This document shows, piece by piece, positions 49,162 to 57,983 of a stretch of 64,000 nucleotides of DNA (position 1 is its first letter; each line of letters begins with the position of its first letter). Under the pieces are notes generated by a model, which was not told where the DNA came from, did not search any database, and saw only the letters and a program-made list of their open reading frames with translations. The stretch comes from Lutibacter sp. (lineage in GTDB: Bacteria; Bacteroidota; Bacteroidia; Flavobacteriales; Flavobacteriaceae): positions 14,133-78,132 of the forward strand of contig JAUSOJ010000220.1 of assembly GCA_030656195.1 (NCBI GenBank), given 5' to 3'. A program made the position numbers and the translations under genes.

Positions 49162-49226
49162 AATTAATAAATAATTGAAATCAAATCCAAAAATAGCAGT
49201 TTTAACGATAACAAAAACCGAATTTT

Positions 49227-51203
49227 ATGAGAACTTTTAAATTTAAACCAGCCAATTTATTACTTGTTATACTGTTGACAATAAGTATGGTATCATGCGA
49301 TGAAGACACTTTTTATCCTTTTATTGAAACAGTTCCTTGTGAAACTCCGGAAACTGCGGACCCTTCCATTATCAATGATTTTCAATGTCAGGACAATCTG
49401 TTGCTTCCAAATGTAGAAGCGATGAGAAATCCTTATGAAACAGGAGTCAATAAAAGTTCCTTTGTTGGAAAATACATTGATCCAAGCGGAGCCTGGGATG
49501 CATTAATTATAGATTTTGGCGCTCCAATAAACCTCTCAACAAAAAATACCTTTAAAATTAAAGTGCAAACAAGTGTTGCCGGTACTTTAAAAGCCAAACT
49601 GGAAGGCGGAACTTCTGGCGGATTTGAAGTGGATGCCACTATTTCGAACACATCCAACTGGGTGGAATATTCATTCGATTTCAGCAGCCAGTTTAACCAA
49701 AATCATCAAAAATTGGTGTTGTTTTTCAATGCTGGAGTGGATACAAATAGTACCGACATTTATTATATTGATGATTTGAAATGGGACACTTCCGCAGATC
49801 CTTGCGTTGGCGTGGCAGTGGATATCAATGTTATAAATGATTTTGATTGTCAGAAAAATCAGGTTATTCCTGAAGTGACACTTACCGCTACTCCAAATAA
49901 AAACGCTATAAACAGCAGCAAATTCTCCGGTAAATATATTGATGAAACAGGTGCTTGGGATGCCGTAATCGTTGATTTTGGCGCGCCAATAAATTTAACC
50001 ACCCACAATGCATTCAAAATAAAAGTGCTTGCGCCTGTTGAAGGTATTTTAAAAGCCAAGTTGGAAGGCGGAGCTTCTAACGGCATTGAAAAAGATGTCC
50101 AAATAACAACTACCGGACAATGGGTTGAGTACACCTTCGATTTTAGCAGCGAAGCAAACGCAAATCATAAAAAATTAGTATTGTTTTTTAATGCAGGCGT
50201 TGATACCGATGGCACACAAGTTTATTTTATAGATGACTTAAAATTTGCTGAAATTACTGATCCTTGCAATGGCGTTGTACCCGATTTAAGCATTATAAAC
50301 GATTTCAATTGTCAGCAAAATTCAACCATAGCCGGTTCTGTTTCAAATTCAATTGTTGCAAATCCTGATCCTAGTGGCATAAATAAAAGTGACGCGGTGC
50401 TAAAAGTTACCGATAAAGGAACAGATGCTTGGGATGCAATCATATTTAATTTTGACGGTCCAATTAATTTATCTGTAAAAAACTACCTTAGAATTAAAAT
50501 ATTGTCCACAAAAGCAGTGCCTTTATTGGCCAAATTAGAAGGAGGAACTTCTCCTCAAAAAGAAGTTTGGGGCAATATTACTGTAACAGGAATCTGGACT
50601 GAGTATGTCTTTGATTTCAGTAACCAAGCAAGTGCTAGCCACAATCAACTGGTGTTATTCTTCAATGGAGGCCAAGAAAACGGAACCGCATCAGATGTTT
50701 ATTATATTGATGACATCAGGTTTGCGGCATATGATGCTTGCGCTGGCGTAATTCCAGATTTAAGCATTGTGAATAATTTTGAATGCCAACAAAATTATGC
50801 AATTTCAGGTTCTCTTTTAAACTCTATTATTGAAAATCCTTACAAAACAGGAATCAACACCAGTGCATCGGCTTTAAAAGTAACCGATAATGGAACAGAG
50901 GCCTGGGATGCAATAATATTTAATCTTGGGGCTGTAATAGACTTATCGGCAAAAAATAAATTGAAAATAAAGATTTATTCCACAAAAGCAGTGCCTTTAT
51001 TGGCTAAATTAGAAGGAGGATCTTCTGGTAATAAAGAAGTTTGGGGCAATATTACCACCGCAAATGCCTGGACGGAATACACTTTCGATTTTAGCGACCA
51101 GGCAGCGGCAAACCATAAACAAATAGTGTTATTTTTCAATGGAGGACAAACTGACGGAACAGCAACCGACATTTATTATATCGATGATTTGAAGTGGGAA
51201 TAA
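49227..51203 (+). CDS. Surface lipoprotein made of four tandem ~155-aa CBM-like repeats (candidate glycan-binding protein)
   Basis: Lipobox ISMVSC. Four repeats share DPC-GV-PD-S-INDF-CQ-N ... AWDA-I--F--PI-L---N---IK ... LKAKLEGG ... W-EY-FDFS ... LVLFFN-G ... YYIDD-K. Confidence 0.85.
   Translation: MRTFKFKPANLLLVILLTISMVSCDEDTFYPFIETVPCETPETADPSIINDFQCQDNLLLPNVEAMRNPYETGVNKSSFVGKYIDPSGAWDALIIDFGAPINLSTKNTFKIKVQTSVAGTLKAKLEGGTSGGFEVDATISNTSNWVEYSFDFSSQFNQNHQKLVLFFNAGVDTNSTDIYYIDDLKWDTSADPCVGVAVDINVINDFDCQKNQVIPEVTLTATPNKNAINSSKFSGKYIDETGAWDAVIVDFGAPINLTTHNAFKIKVLAPVEGILKAKLEGGASNGIEKDVQITTTGQWVEYTFDFSSEANANHKKLVLFFNAGVDTDGTQVYFIDDLKFAEITDPCNGVVPDLSIINDFNCQQNSTIAGSVSNSIVANPDPSGINKSDAVLKVTDKGTDAWDAIIFNFDGPINLSVKNYLRIKILSTKAVPLLAKLEGGTSPQKEVWGNITVTGIWTEYVFDFSNQASASHNQLVLFFNGGQENGTASDVYYIDDIRFAAYDACAGVIPDLSIVNNFECQQNYAISGSLLNSIIENPYKTGINTSASALKVTDNGTEAWDAIIFNLGAVIDLSAKNKLKIKIYSTKAVPLLAKLEGGSSGNKEVWGNITTANAWTEYTFDFSDQAAANHKQIVLFFNGGQTDGTATDIYYIDDLKWE
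49335..51200 (+). repeat. Four in-frame tandem domain repeats (R1 49335-49796, R2 49797-50258, R3 50259-50732, R4 50733-51200)
   Basis: Hand alignment of the translated protein. R1 and R2 form one subtype (GKYID--GAWDA). R3 and R4 form a second subtype (LKVTD-GT-AWDAIIFN, STKAVPLLAKLEGG, KEVWGNIT). Confidence 0.8.
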
Positions 51204-51237
51204 TGAGTTCAACGTAAAATAATTTTCACCTTAGCAT

Positions 51238-51280
51238 AAAAAAACCGTAAAAACTATATGATAGTTTCTACGGTTTTTTA
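51238..51280. terminator. Bidirectional terminator between convergent genes
   Basis: A 13-bp stem, ccgtaaaaactat-atg-atagtttctacgg (one mismatch), flanked by an A-run on one side and a T-run on the other. Confidence 0.75.
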
Positions 51281-51296
51281 TTGTTTTATATCGCTA

Positions 51297-53147
51297 TTAA
51301 AAATTTAAATGTTTTTGTATAATTAACAATAAATCATCTTTTAATATAGGTTTAGAAATATAATCATTACAGCCTGCATCTATCGCTTTTTGTCTGTCAT
51401 GAGACAATGCATACGCAGATTGTGCAATAATTACCACATCCTTGTTAAATTGCCTAATTTGACTTGTTGCTTCATATCCGTTCATTCCAGGCATTTGAAT
51501 ATCCATGAGAATTAAATCCAGATCGGGGTTATTACGACAAAAGTAAACTGCTTCAGTACCTGTTCCTGCTGTGATTATTTTGCTGCTTAACCCTTCAACA
51601 GTCATTGAAATTAACATGGCCGATGGTTCATCATCTTCAGCAATGAGTATTTTTAATTTTTCTATCGGTTTACTTTTTTCAAGAGATTCCTTATCATTTT
51701 TAATTTCAAATGCTTCATCTAATTCAATATTGCCGGGAATGGTAAAATAAAACGTTGAACCAATGCCTTCTTCACTTTCCACCCAAATTTTACCTCCCAA
51801 AATTTCAACATAGGCTTTGGTAATGGCCAAACCCAATCCTGTACCTTGAAGTACCATTAAATTTGAGATATCAGCCTGAATAAACCGTTCAAAGATGGCT
51901 TCCTGTTTGTCTTTTGAAATTCCAATTCCAGTGTCTTTAACATAAAACTCCAGATTGGCAATTCCATTGTCTTTTATTAATTGATAACCAAATTCTATGA
52001 AACCTTCATTGGTGAATTTAATGGCGTTTTTTATAAGGTTGGTAAGTATTGCATAGAGTTTTTCACGATCTGTTTTTACAATGGCCTCATTTGCGGATAA
52101 AGATTTTTTAATGACAAACTGTAATCCTTTGGCTTCAACTTCGGGTTTAAAAAAAGTATAAATAAACTCAACCTGCTCATTGATATCAGAATCCTTTAAA
52201 TCAACTTGCATCAATCCGGCTTCAATTTTTGAAATATCTACAATATCGTTGATAATGTTAAGCATGCGAATACCGCTTTTCTGGATAATATCAATATATT
52301 TTTGTTGTTTTTCTCCAGATAGATCCGGTTCTTTCAATAAATCTGCAAAACCCAGAATACCGTTCATTGGTGTTCGAATTTCATGGCTCATATTGGCCAA
52401 GAAGGCCGACTTTAACCGGTCACTTTGTTCAGCGCGTTCCTTGGCGGCAATTAATTGTTTTTCAATTTCTTTTTGGGCAGTAATATCTTCTGAAATCCCA
52501 AGTAAATATTTAACATTTCCTTTTTTGTCCCTAATCGCAATTTTCTTGGTGTATAAAATTTTTATTCCGTTTTCGGTATTTATAACTTCTTCAACTATCA
52601 TTAAAGGCTGATGAGAATTAAGCACTTCCCTATCTTTCATCGTGAAAAAATCGGCTTCCTCTTTCGGGAAAAAATCATAATCATTCTTGCCTATTAATTC
52701 CGCTCTTGTATGGCCCATAAATTGTTCGCCTGCTTTGTTGAAAGTGATAAATCGCAAATCATCGGCATTTTTAACAAAAATCAGGTTTGGAATGTGGTCA
52801 AAAATAGTATTTAAAAAAATTTCACTCTCCTCCACTTTTGCCTTCGCCAACAGTAATTCTTCGTTTTGAATTGCTATTTTTTCACTTCTTTGTAAAATTA
52901 AATCTTCGGCTTTTTGCAGTTTATTCATATGTGTTTTAACCAAATAAAACAATAGAATTGAGGTAACTATCACATAAAAAGAACCTTTGAGGATGTTAAT
53001 TTTTGCTAAGGTTTCTTTGTCTTCAAGAAGATTTTCAAAAAAAGTGTCGGAAAAATAAATCCATAAAAACCCTATTATAAAATAGATGATGGCAATTCTA
53101 TATTCAAACTTAAACTTTCTGGCCAGCGGGGTGTTTTTATTTATCAT
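51297..53147 (-). CDS. Hybrid sensor histidine kinase/response regulator with a PAS domain
   Basis: Two N-terminal TM segments, a PAS region, an H-box (SHEIRTPMNGILGF), N/G boxes (LIKNAIKFT, DTGIGI, GTGLGL), and a C-terminal receiver (ILIAEDD...LILMDIQMPGMNG...K). Confidence 0.9.
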   Translation of the reverse strand: MINKNTPLARKFKFEYRIAIIYFIIGFLWIYFSDTFFENLLEDKETLAKINILKGSFYVIVTSILLFYLVKTHMNKLQKAEDLILQRSEKIAIQNEELLLAKAKVEESEIFLNTIFDHIPNLIFVKNADDLRFITFNKAGEQFMGHTRAELIGKNDYDFFPKEEADFFTMKDREVLNSHQPLMIVEEVINTENGIKILYTKKIAIRDKKGNVKYLLGISEDITAQKEIEKQLIAAKERAEQSDRLKSAFLANMSHEIRTPMNGILGFADLLKEPDLSGEKQQKYIDIIQKSGIRMLNIINDIVDISKIEAGLMQVDLKDSDINEQVEFIYTFFKPEVEAKGLQFVIKKSLSANEAIVKTDREKLYAILTNLIKNAIKFTNEGFIEFGYQLIKDNGIANLEFYVKDTGIGISKDKQEAIFERFIQADISNLMVLQGTGLGLAITKAYVEILGGKIWVESEEGIGSTFYFTIPGNIELDEAFEIKNDKESLEKSKPIEKLKILIAEDDEPSAMLISMTVEGLSSKIITAGTGTEAVYFCRNNPDLDLILMDIQMPGMNGYEATSQIRQFNKDVVIIAQSAYALSHDRQKAIDAGCNDYISKPILKDDLLLIIQKHLNF

Positions 53148-53443
53148 TCAAAAAGTTTTATGATGATGTAATACTTTCTCGGCTTCAAAAACGGTCACTT
53201 AAAAAACTCATAGTAAATTGCCTAATAACCAATCCTTAATAAACAAAAATAGTCAAAAGTTAGTTGAAACAAGTTTAATTTATAAAGTATTGTTTACTCC
53301 TGAGTAAACAAAACAGGTTTTTTAAAAAGATGAGATGCGTTTTTTTTCCTCAAATTCAATTTTAACCGTAAATTATTTATAGCCGCATTTGGGGGTAAAT
53401 CATTCGTTTAACGCCCAATTTCTCGTTATTAAATACTCATTAT

Positions 53444-53457
53444 ATGATAAATATCAT
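53444..53457. promoter_or_regulatory. Palindrome ATGATAAATATCAT (CRP/FNR-like TGAT-N4-ATCA core)
   Basis: A 6+6 palindrome about 175 nt upstream of the nfnA-like ATG. Chance palindromes are common in AT-rich DNA. Confidence 0.15.
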
Positions 53458-53543
53458 AATAATATTGATACTAAAAAGCCATATTGTTTGATAATACCAT
53501 AATATAAAGTACTTTTAAAGCAAATTATTTCAATTATTTTTAA

Positions 53544-53551
53544 TAGATTTG
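53544..53551 (+). promoter_or_regulatory. -7 box TAGATTTG
   Basis: Exact TAnnTTTG match, 80 nt upstream of the ATG at 53631. Confidence 0.35.
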
Positions 53552-53630
53552 CATCCGAAATAGCGTTGAAAATTATTTCCAAAGTTTAACGTATTTCTTT
53601 TTATAAAGTTTAACAATTTTGAATTAGAAT

Positions 53631-54473
53631 ATGTTTAAAATTATCGAAAAAAAATTTCTTTCAGAAAATGTGGCAAAACTGGTTATTGAAGCCCCTTATA
53701 TTGCCAAAAGCAGAAGAGCAGGACATTTTATCATTTTAAGAATTGATAAAAATGGCGAAAGAATCCCGCTGACAATTTCAGATGCCGATGTTGAAAAAGG
53801 CACAATTTCCTTAATCGTACAAAGAGTTGGTGTTTCATCACACAAACTTTGCGCCATGAATGCCGGTGATTTTATATTGGACGTTGTTGGGCCGCTTGGA
53901 AAAGCCACCCATATTGCCAATGTGGGAACCGTATTATGCGCTGGTGGCGGTGTTGGTGTAGCGCCTCTTTTTCCTATTGTGCAAGCGATGAAATTGGCAG
54001 GAAACCGGGTGATTACCATTATTGCCGCCAGAAATAAAGACCTGGTAATTCTTGAAAATGAAATGGCCGAATATTCCGATGAACTTATTGTGATGACCGA
54101 TGATGGCTCAAAAGGAACTAAAGGACTTGTAACTCAGGGAATGGAAGAAGTTATTCTCAGAGAAAAAATACATCAGGCCATTGTTATTGGCCCGGCCGTA
54201 ATGATGAAATTCGCTGCTTTAACCACCAAAAAATACGACATTCACACCTTGGCGAGTTTAAACACCATTATGGTTGACGGCACCGGAATGTGCGGCGCCT
54301 GCAGGGTTTCTGTCGGCGGAAAAACCGAATTTGTTTGCGTAGACGGACCAGAATTTGATGCCCATAAAGTTAATTTTGATGAAATGTTAAGCCGATTAGG
54401 CGCTTACAAAGACAAAGAATCAGAAAACTATGAAGCGTACGTAAAATCTTGTGAAGCAATATCACTTAACTAA
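53631..54473 (+). CDS. PyrK-like FAD/NAD(P)-binding iron-sulfur flavoprotein (NfnA/SudB-like small subunit)
   Basis: 280 aa. Ferredoxin-reductase-type fold (RRAGHFIILR, GGGVGVAPLFP) and a C-terminal 2Fe-2S Cys cluster (CGACRVSVGGKTEFVCVDGPEF). Confidence 0.8.
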   Translation: MFKIIEKKFLSENVAKLVIEAPYIAKSRRAGHFIILRIDKNGERIPLTISDADVEKGTISLIVQRVGVSSHKLCAMNAGDFILDVVGPLGKATHIANVGTVLCAGGGVGVAPLFPIVQAMKLAGNRVITIIAARNKDLVILENEMAEYSDELIVMTDDGSKGTKGLVTQGMEEVILREKIHQAIVIGPAVMMKFAALTTKKYDIHTLASLNTIMVDGTGMCGACRVSVGGKTEFVCVDGPEFDAHKVNFDEMLSRLGAYKDKESENYEAYVKSCEAISLN

Positions 54474-54507
54474 CTGAAAAATTTATATCCTATAAAATAT
54501 TCGTAAA

Positions 54508-56001
54508 ATGGAAGAAGAATTAAACGAAGAATATTATAAAGCCGAACGCAAAACCGAATGGCGCGATAAGTTGCGCAAAGAAATAAAAGCAAAAGAAAGA
54601 ACAGACATTGGCAGGGTTCGCATGCCTGAAGCAGATCCTGATGTAAGGAATAAAAGCAATCTTGAAGTAAATAAAGGCCTAACCTTGGAGATGGCAATCG
54701 CCGAATCTCACCGCTGCCTCGATTGCGCAGTTCCAACTTGCATTGTTGGCTGCCCGGTTGGCACAAACATTCCGAAATTTATAAAATATCTTGAAGCTGG
54801 AGACATCCTTGGAGCTGCTGAAGTTTTAAAAGAAAACAACTCTTTGCCGGCAATTTGCGGAAGGGTTTGCCCTCAGGAAATACAATGCGAAGCACAGTGT
54901 TTTTATGTTAAAAAATTAAGTAAAGAAGGTGCCGCAATTGGTCATCTTGAAAGATTTGTTGCCGATTACGCACGCGAACACGGTGAAGCAACAATTCCGG
55001 CTTTGGCCGAACCAAACGGCATTAAAATGGCTGTGATAGGTTCTGGACCTGCAGGATTAACCGTTGCAGGTGAATTGGCGAAATTTGGCTATGATGTTAC
55101 CGTTTTTGAAGCATTACACGATCTTGGCGGCGTTTTAAAATATGGAATTCCTGAATTTAGGCTGCCAAAATCAATTGTAGACTATGAAATTAATACCATC
55201 AAAAATATGGGCGTTAAATTCATAACCAATTTTATTGTGGGTAAAACAGCTTCAATTGCTGATTTAAAAGAAGAAGGTTATGTGGCCTTTTTTATCGCAA
55301 GCGGCGCCGGATTGCCAAATTTCATGAATATACCAGGCGAAAATTATAGCGGCATTCAAAGTGCCAATGAATTTTTAACCCGCGTTAATTTAATGGGTGG
55401 CGGAAATAAAGATTTCGATACGCCAGTTCATACCGGAAAAAATGTGGTCATTATAGGCGGCGGAAATACCGCAATGGACTCCGTAAGAACCGCAAAACGT
55501 ATGGGCGCCGAAAGGGCCATTATTATGTACAGACGTACGATGGAAGAGATGCCCGCAAGAGCAGAAGAAATAAAACATGCCATTGAAGAAGGCATTGAAT
55601 TTATCAATTTGGCCTCGCCAATTGAATATTTTGCTGATGAAAGAGGCAAAGTAAATAAAATGCGCGTGCAAAAAATGGAATTGGGAGAACCTGACGCTTC
55701 GGGAAGAAGAAGACCCGTTGTTATTGAAGGTTCAGAATACGATATTGATGTTGACAGCGTAGTGATCGCAGTTGGCGTTTCTCCAAACCCAATTATCCAA
55801 CAAAGCATGCCCGAACTTGAAATCACCAAATGGAACACCATTAAAGTTGATGGAAATATGATGACTTCAATTCCGGGTCTTTTTGCCGGAGGTGATATTG
55901 TGAGAGGTGGAGCAACCGTAATTCTTGCAATGGGCGACGGAAGAAAAGCCGCCGCAGGAATGCATTCCTATGTGCAAGCAGACGTTTTTGCGAATATTTA
56001 A
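54508..56001 (+). CDS. GltD-like NADPH-dependent oxidoreductase ('glutamate synthase small chain'-type, NfnB/SudA-like large subunit)
   Basis: Two 4Fe-4S Cys motifs (CLDCAVPTCIVGCP and CGRVCPQEIQCEAQC). Two dinucleotide folds (VIGSGPAGL, IIGGGNTAMD). Confidence 0.85.
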   Translation: MEEELNEEYYKAERKTEWRDKLRKEIKAKERTDIGRVRMPEADPDVRNKSNLEVNKGLTLEMAIAESHRCLDCAVPTCIVGCPVGTNIPKFIKYLEAGDILGAAEVLKENNSLPAICGRVCPQEIQCEAQCFYVKKLSKEGAAIGHLERFVADYAREHGEATIPALAEPNGIKMAVIGSGPAGLTVAGELAKFGYDVTVFEALHDLGGVLKYGIPEFRLPKSIVDYEINTIKNMGVKFITNFIVGKTASIADLKEEGYVAFFIASGAGLPNFMNIPGENYSGIQSANEFLTRVNLMGGGNKDFDTPVHTGKNVVIIGGGNTAMDSVRTAKRMGAERAIIMYRRTMEEMPARAEEIKHAIEEGIEFINLASPIEYFADERGKVNKMRVQKMELGEPDASGRRRPVVIEGSEYDIDVDSVVIAVGVSPNPIIQQSMPELEITKWNTIKVDGNMMTSIPGLFAGGDIVRGGATVILAMGDGRKAAAGMHSYVQADVFANI

Positions 56002-56026
56002 AATTACTTTTGAAATAGTTTAAAAA

Positions 56027-56062
56027 CAAAACCCAGTAAATCAAATGATTTACTGGGTTTTT
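56027..56062. terminator. Bidirectional rho-independent terminator (after the gltD-like gene and the tRNA-Leu gene)
   Basis: A perfect 12-bp stem, acccagtaaatc-aaat-gatttactgggt, with an A-run upstream and a T-run downstream. Confidence 0.85.
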
Positions 56063-56063
56063 G

Positions 56064-56147
56064 TACCTCGGGTGGGAATCGAACCCACACAACCTTGCGA
56101 TTACTGGATTTTGAATCCAGCGCGTCTACCAATTCCGCCACCGGGGC
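56064..56147 (-). tRNA. tRNA-Leu (anticodon CAA), type II with a long variable arm
   Basis: Hand-folded as GCCCCGG-TG-GCG-GAATTGGTAGA-CGC-G-CTGGA-TTCAAAA-TCCAG-(15-nt variable arm)-GTGGG-TTCGATT-CCCAC-CCGAGGT-A. The acceptor stem has one C.A mismatch and one G.U pair. CCA is not encoded. Confidence 0.88.
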
Positions 56148-56162
56148 AAATGTTTCGGTCTG

Positions 56163-56170
56163 CAAATTTA
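56163..56170 (-). promoter_or_regulatory. -7 box TAAATTTG for tRNA-Leu
   Basis: The plus strand reads CAAATTTA, 15 nt upstream of the mature tRNA 5' end. Confidence 0.5.
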
Positions 56171-56234
56171 AAAATATTTTTCAACTAAAACACAAAAACT
56201 TCACTTAGTTATAGTATTACCACTTAAATAATTT

Positions 56235-56242
56235 TAAATTTG
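56235..56242 (+). promoter_or_regulatory. -7 box TAAATTTG for prs
   Basis: Exact TAnnTTTG match, 43 nt upstream of the ATG at 56285. Confidence 0.45.
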
Positions 56243-56284
56243 CAATCAAAATACGGAAACCTAATCAAATAACACTGCTAAAAA

Positions 56285-57226
56285 ATGGACATCCCTTATC
56301 TTGAACCTAAAATTTTCGCTTGCACTCAAAGCAAGGAATTGGCTAAAAACATTGCCAAAAATTACGGAATTCCGCTTGGAAACGTAGTGGTAACAAGGTT
56401 TAGCGACGGGGAGTTTCAGCCCGCCTTTGTTGAATCGGTTAGAGGAAGACGCATTTTTATTGTGGGTTCAACTTTTCCAAATTCAGATAATTTAATGGAA
56501 ATGCTTTTAATGCTCGATGCCGCAAAAAGAGCCTCAGCACGTCACGTCACTGCCGTAATCCCTTATTTCGGATGGGCTAGACAAGACCGCAAAGACCAGC
56601 CTCGTGTTGCCATTGGCGCAAAATTAGTAGCAAATCTTTTGCAAACTGCAGGCGCCACAAGAATTATTACCATGGACTTGCACGCTGATCAAATTCAGGG
56701 ATTCTTTGAAAAACCTGTAGACCACTTGTTTGCTTCAACCATCTTTTTGCCTTACATCCATTCATTAAATCTGCAAAATTTAACCATTGCCTCGCCTGAT
56801 ATGGGCGGCTCAAAACGCGCTTATGCCTACTCTAAATTTTTAGAAAGCGATGTGGTGATTTGTTATAAACAACGCATAAAAGCAAATGAAATAGATTCTA
56901 TGGAACTCATTGGCGAAGTAAAAGACCGCCATGTGATTATTGTGGACGATATGGTTGATACCGGTGGAACGCTTGCCAAAGCAGCAGATGTTATGATGGA
57001 AAAAGGCGCATTAAGCGTGCGTGCAATTTGCACACATCCTATTCTGTCAGGCAACGCCTATGAACGCATCGAAAACTCTAAATTAACAGAGCTGATAGTT
57101 TCAGACACAATTCCTTTAAAAAGAGAAAGTTCTAAAATAAAAGTTGTAACTTGCGCCCCTTTATTCGCGGATGTTATGCACAAAGTACAGGACAACACAT
57201 CCATAAGCGGACAATTTTTAATGTAA
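56285..57226 (+). CDS. prs: Ribose-phosphate pyrophosphokinase
   Basis: Motifs RFSDGE, YFGWARQDRK, DLHADQIQGFF and the PRPP-binding loop VIIVDDMVDTGGT. Confidence 0.95.
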   Translation: MDIPYLEPKIFACTQSKELAKNIAKNYGIPLGNVVVTRFSDGEFQPAFVESVRGRRIFIVGSTFPNSDNLMEMLLMLDAAKRASARHVTAVIPYFGWARQDRKDQPRVAIGAKLVANLLQTAGATRIITMDLHADQIQGFFEKPVDHLFASTIFLPYIHSLNLQNLTIASPDMGGSKRAYAYSKFLESDVVICYKQRIKANEIDSMELIGEVKDRHVIIVDDMVDTGGTLAKAADVMMEKGALSVRAICTHPILSGNAYERIENSKLTELIVSDTIPLKRESSKIKVVTCAPLFADVMHKVQDNTSISGQFLM

Positions 57227-57247
57227 ATAATAATTAAATATAAATAA

Positions 57248-57832
57248 ATGAAATCAATTACAATCACCGGATCTAAAAGAGAAAGCGTGGGTAAAGTAGC
57301 TACTAAAGCCCTACGTAATGCTGGAAAGGTTCCTTGCGTATTATACGGAGGAGACAAAGCATTACACTTTTCAGCAGACGAAACTGCATTTAAAAACTTA
57401 GTGTACACTCCAAACGTTTATACAGCTAAGATTGAATTTGAAGGAAACAAATACAATGCAATTTTGCAGGACATTCAGTTTCACCCAGTATCAGACAAAA
57501 TTTTACACATCGATTTTTATCAGTTATTTGATGATAAATTGGTAACAATGGCAATTCCAGTTCAATTGGTTGGCACAGCGCCAGGTATTATTAGAGGTGG
57601 ATCGTTGCGTTTTGCACAACGTAAATTAAACGTTAGAGCATTACCTGCAGATTTACCAGACTTTATAGATGCCAATATCTCAAAATTAGACATTGGAGAT
57701 AAATTGTATGTTACGGAAGTGTCCAGCAAAAAATACACTATTTTACATCCAGAAAATACTGTAATCGCACAAGTTAGAACTTCTCGTAACGTTGCAAAAG
57801 CAGCTACAGCAGAAGCTAAAGGAAAGAAATAA
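57248..57832 (+). CDS. rplY: 50S ribosomal protein L25 / general stress protein Ctc
   Basis: 194 aa. N-terminus is [25 protein letters not shown], in the conserved prs-rplY-pth gene order. Confidence 0.9.
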   Translation: MKSITITGSKRESVGKVATKALRNAGKVPCVLYGGDKALHFSADETAFKNLVYTPNVYTAKIEFEGNKYNAILQDIQFHPVSDKILHIDFYQLFDDKLVTMAIPVQLVGTAPGIIRGGSLRFAQRKLNVRALPADLPDFIDANISKLDIGDKLYVTEVSSKKYTILHPENTVIAQVRTSRNVAKAATAEAKGKK

Positions 57833-57850
57833 GATTTTTATTAAGTATGA

Positions 57851-57878
57851 AAAAGCGTTGCATTGGCAGCGCTTTTTT
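57851..57878 (+). terminator. Rho-independent terminator after rplY
   Basis: gcgttgc-attg-gcagcgc stem (one G.U pair) followed by T6. Confidence 0.7.
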
Positions 57879-57905
57879 CATTTAAATAAACCGCAATCTT
57901 TTTAC

Positions 57906-57913
57906 TACTTTTG
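57906..57913 (+). promoter_or_regulatory. -7 box TACTTTTG for pth
   Basis: Exact TAnnTTTG match. It ends only 5 nt before the ATG at 57918, which argues for the downstream ATG at 57984 as the pth start. Confidence 0.4.
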
Positions 57914-57983
57914 CATCATGCAATTGAATAAATTACTAAAAATATTGTTTGGTTCAAAAAAGGAAACCCCGGCACATCAGCCC

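Noticed and set aside
57792-57983. The long N-terminal extension of the pth ORF in the six-frame track
   Set aside because: It overlaps the rplY 3' end and the rplY terminator hairpin. A TAnnTTTG box sits at 57906-57913, and the conserved Pth N-terminus (MKKYLIVGLGNIG) starts at 57984. The start at 57918 is kept only as an alternative.
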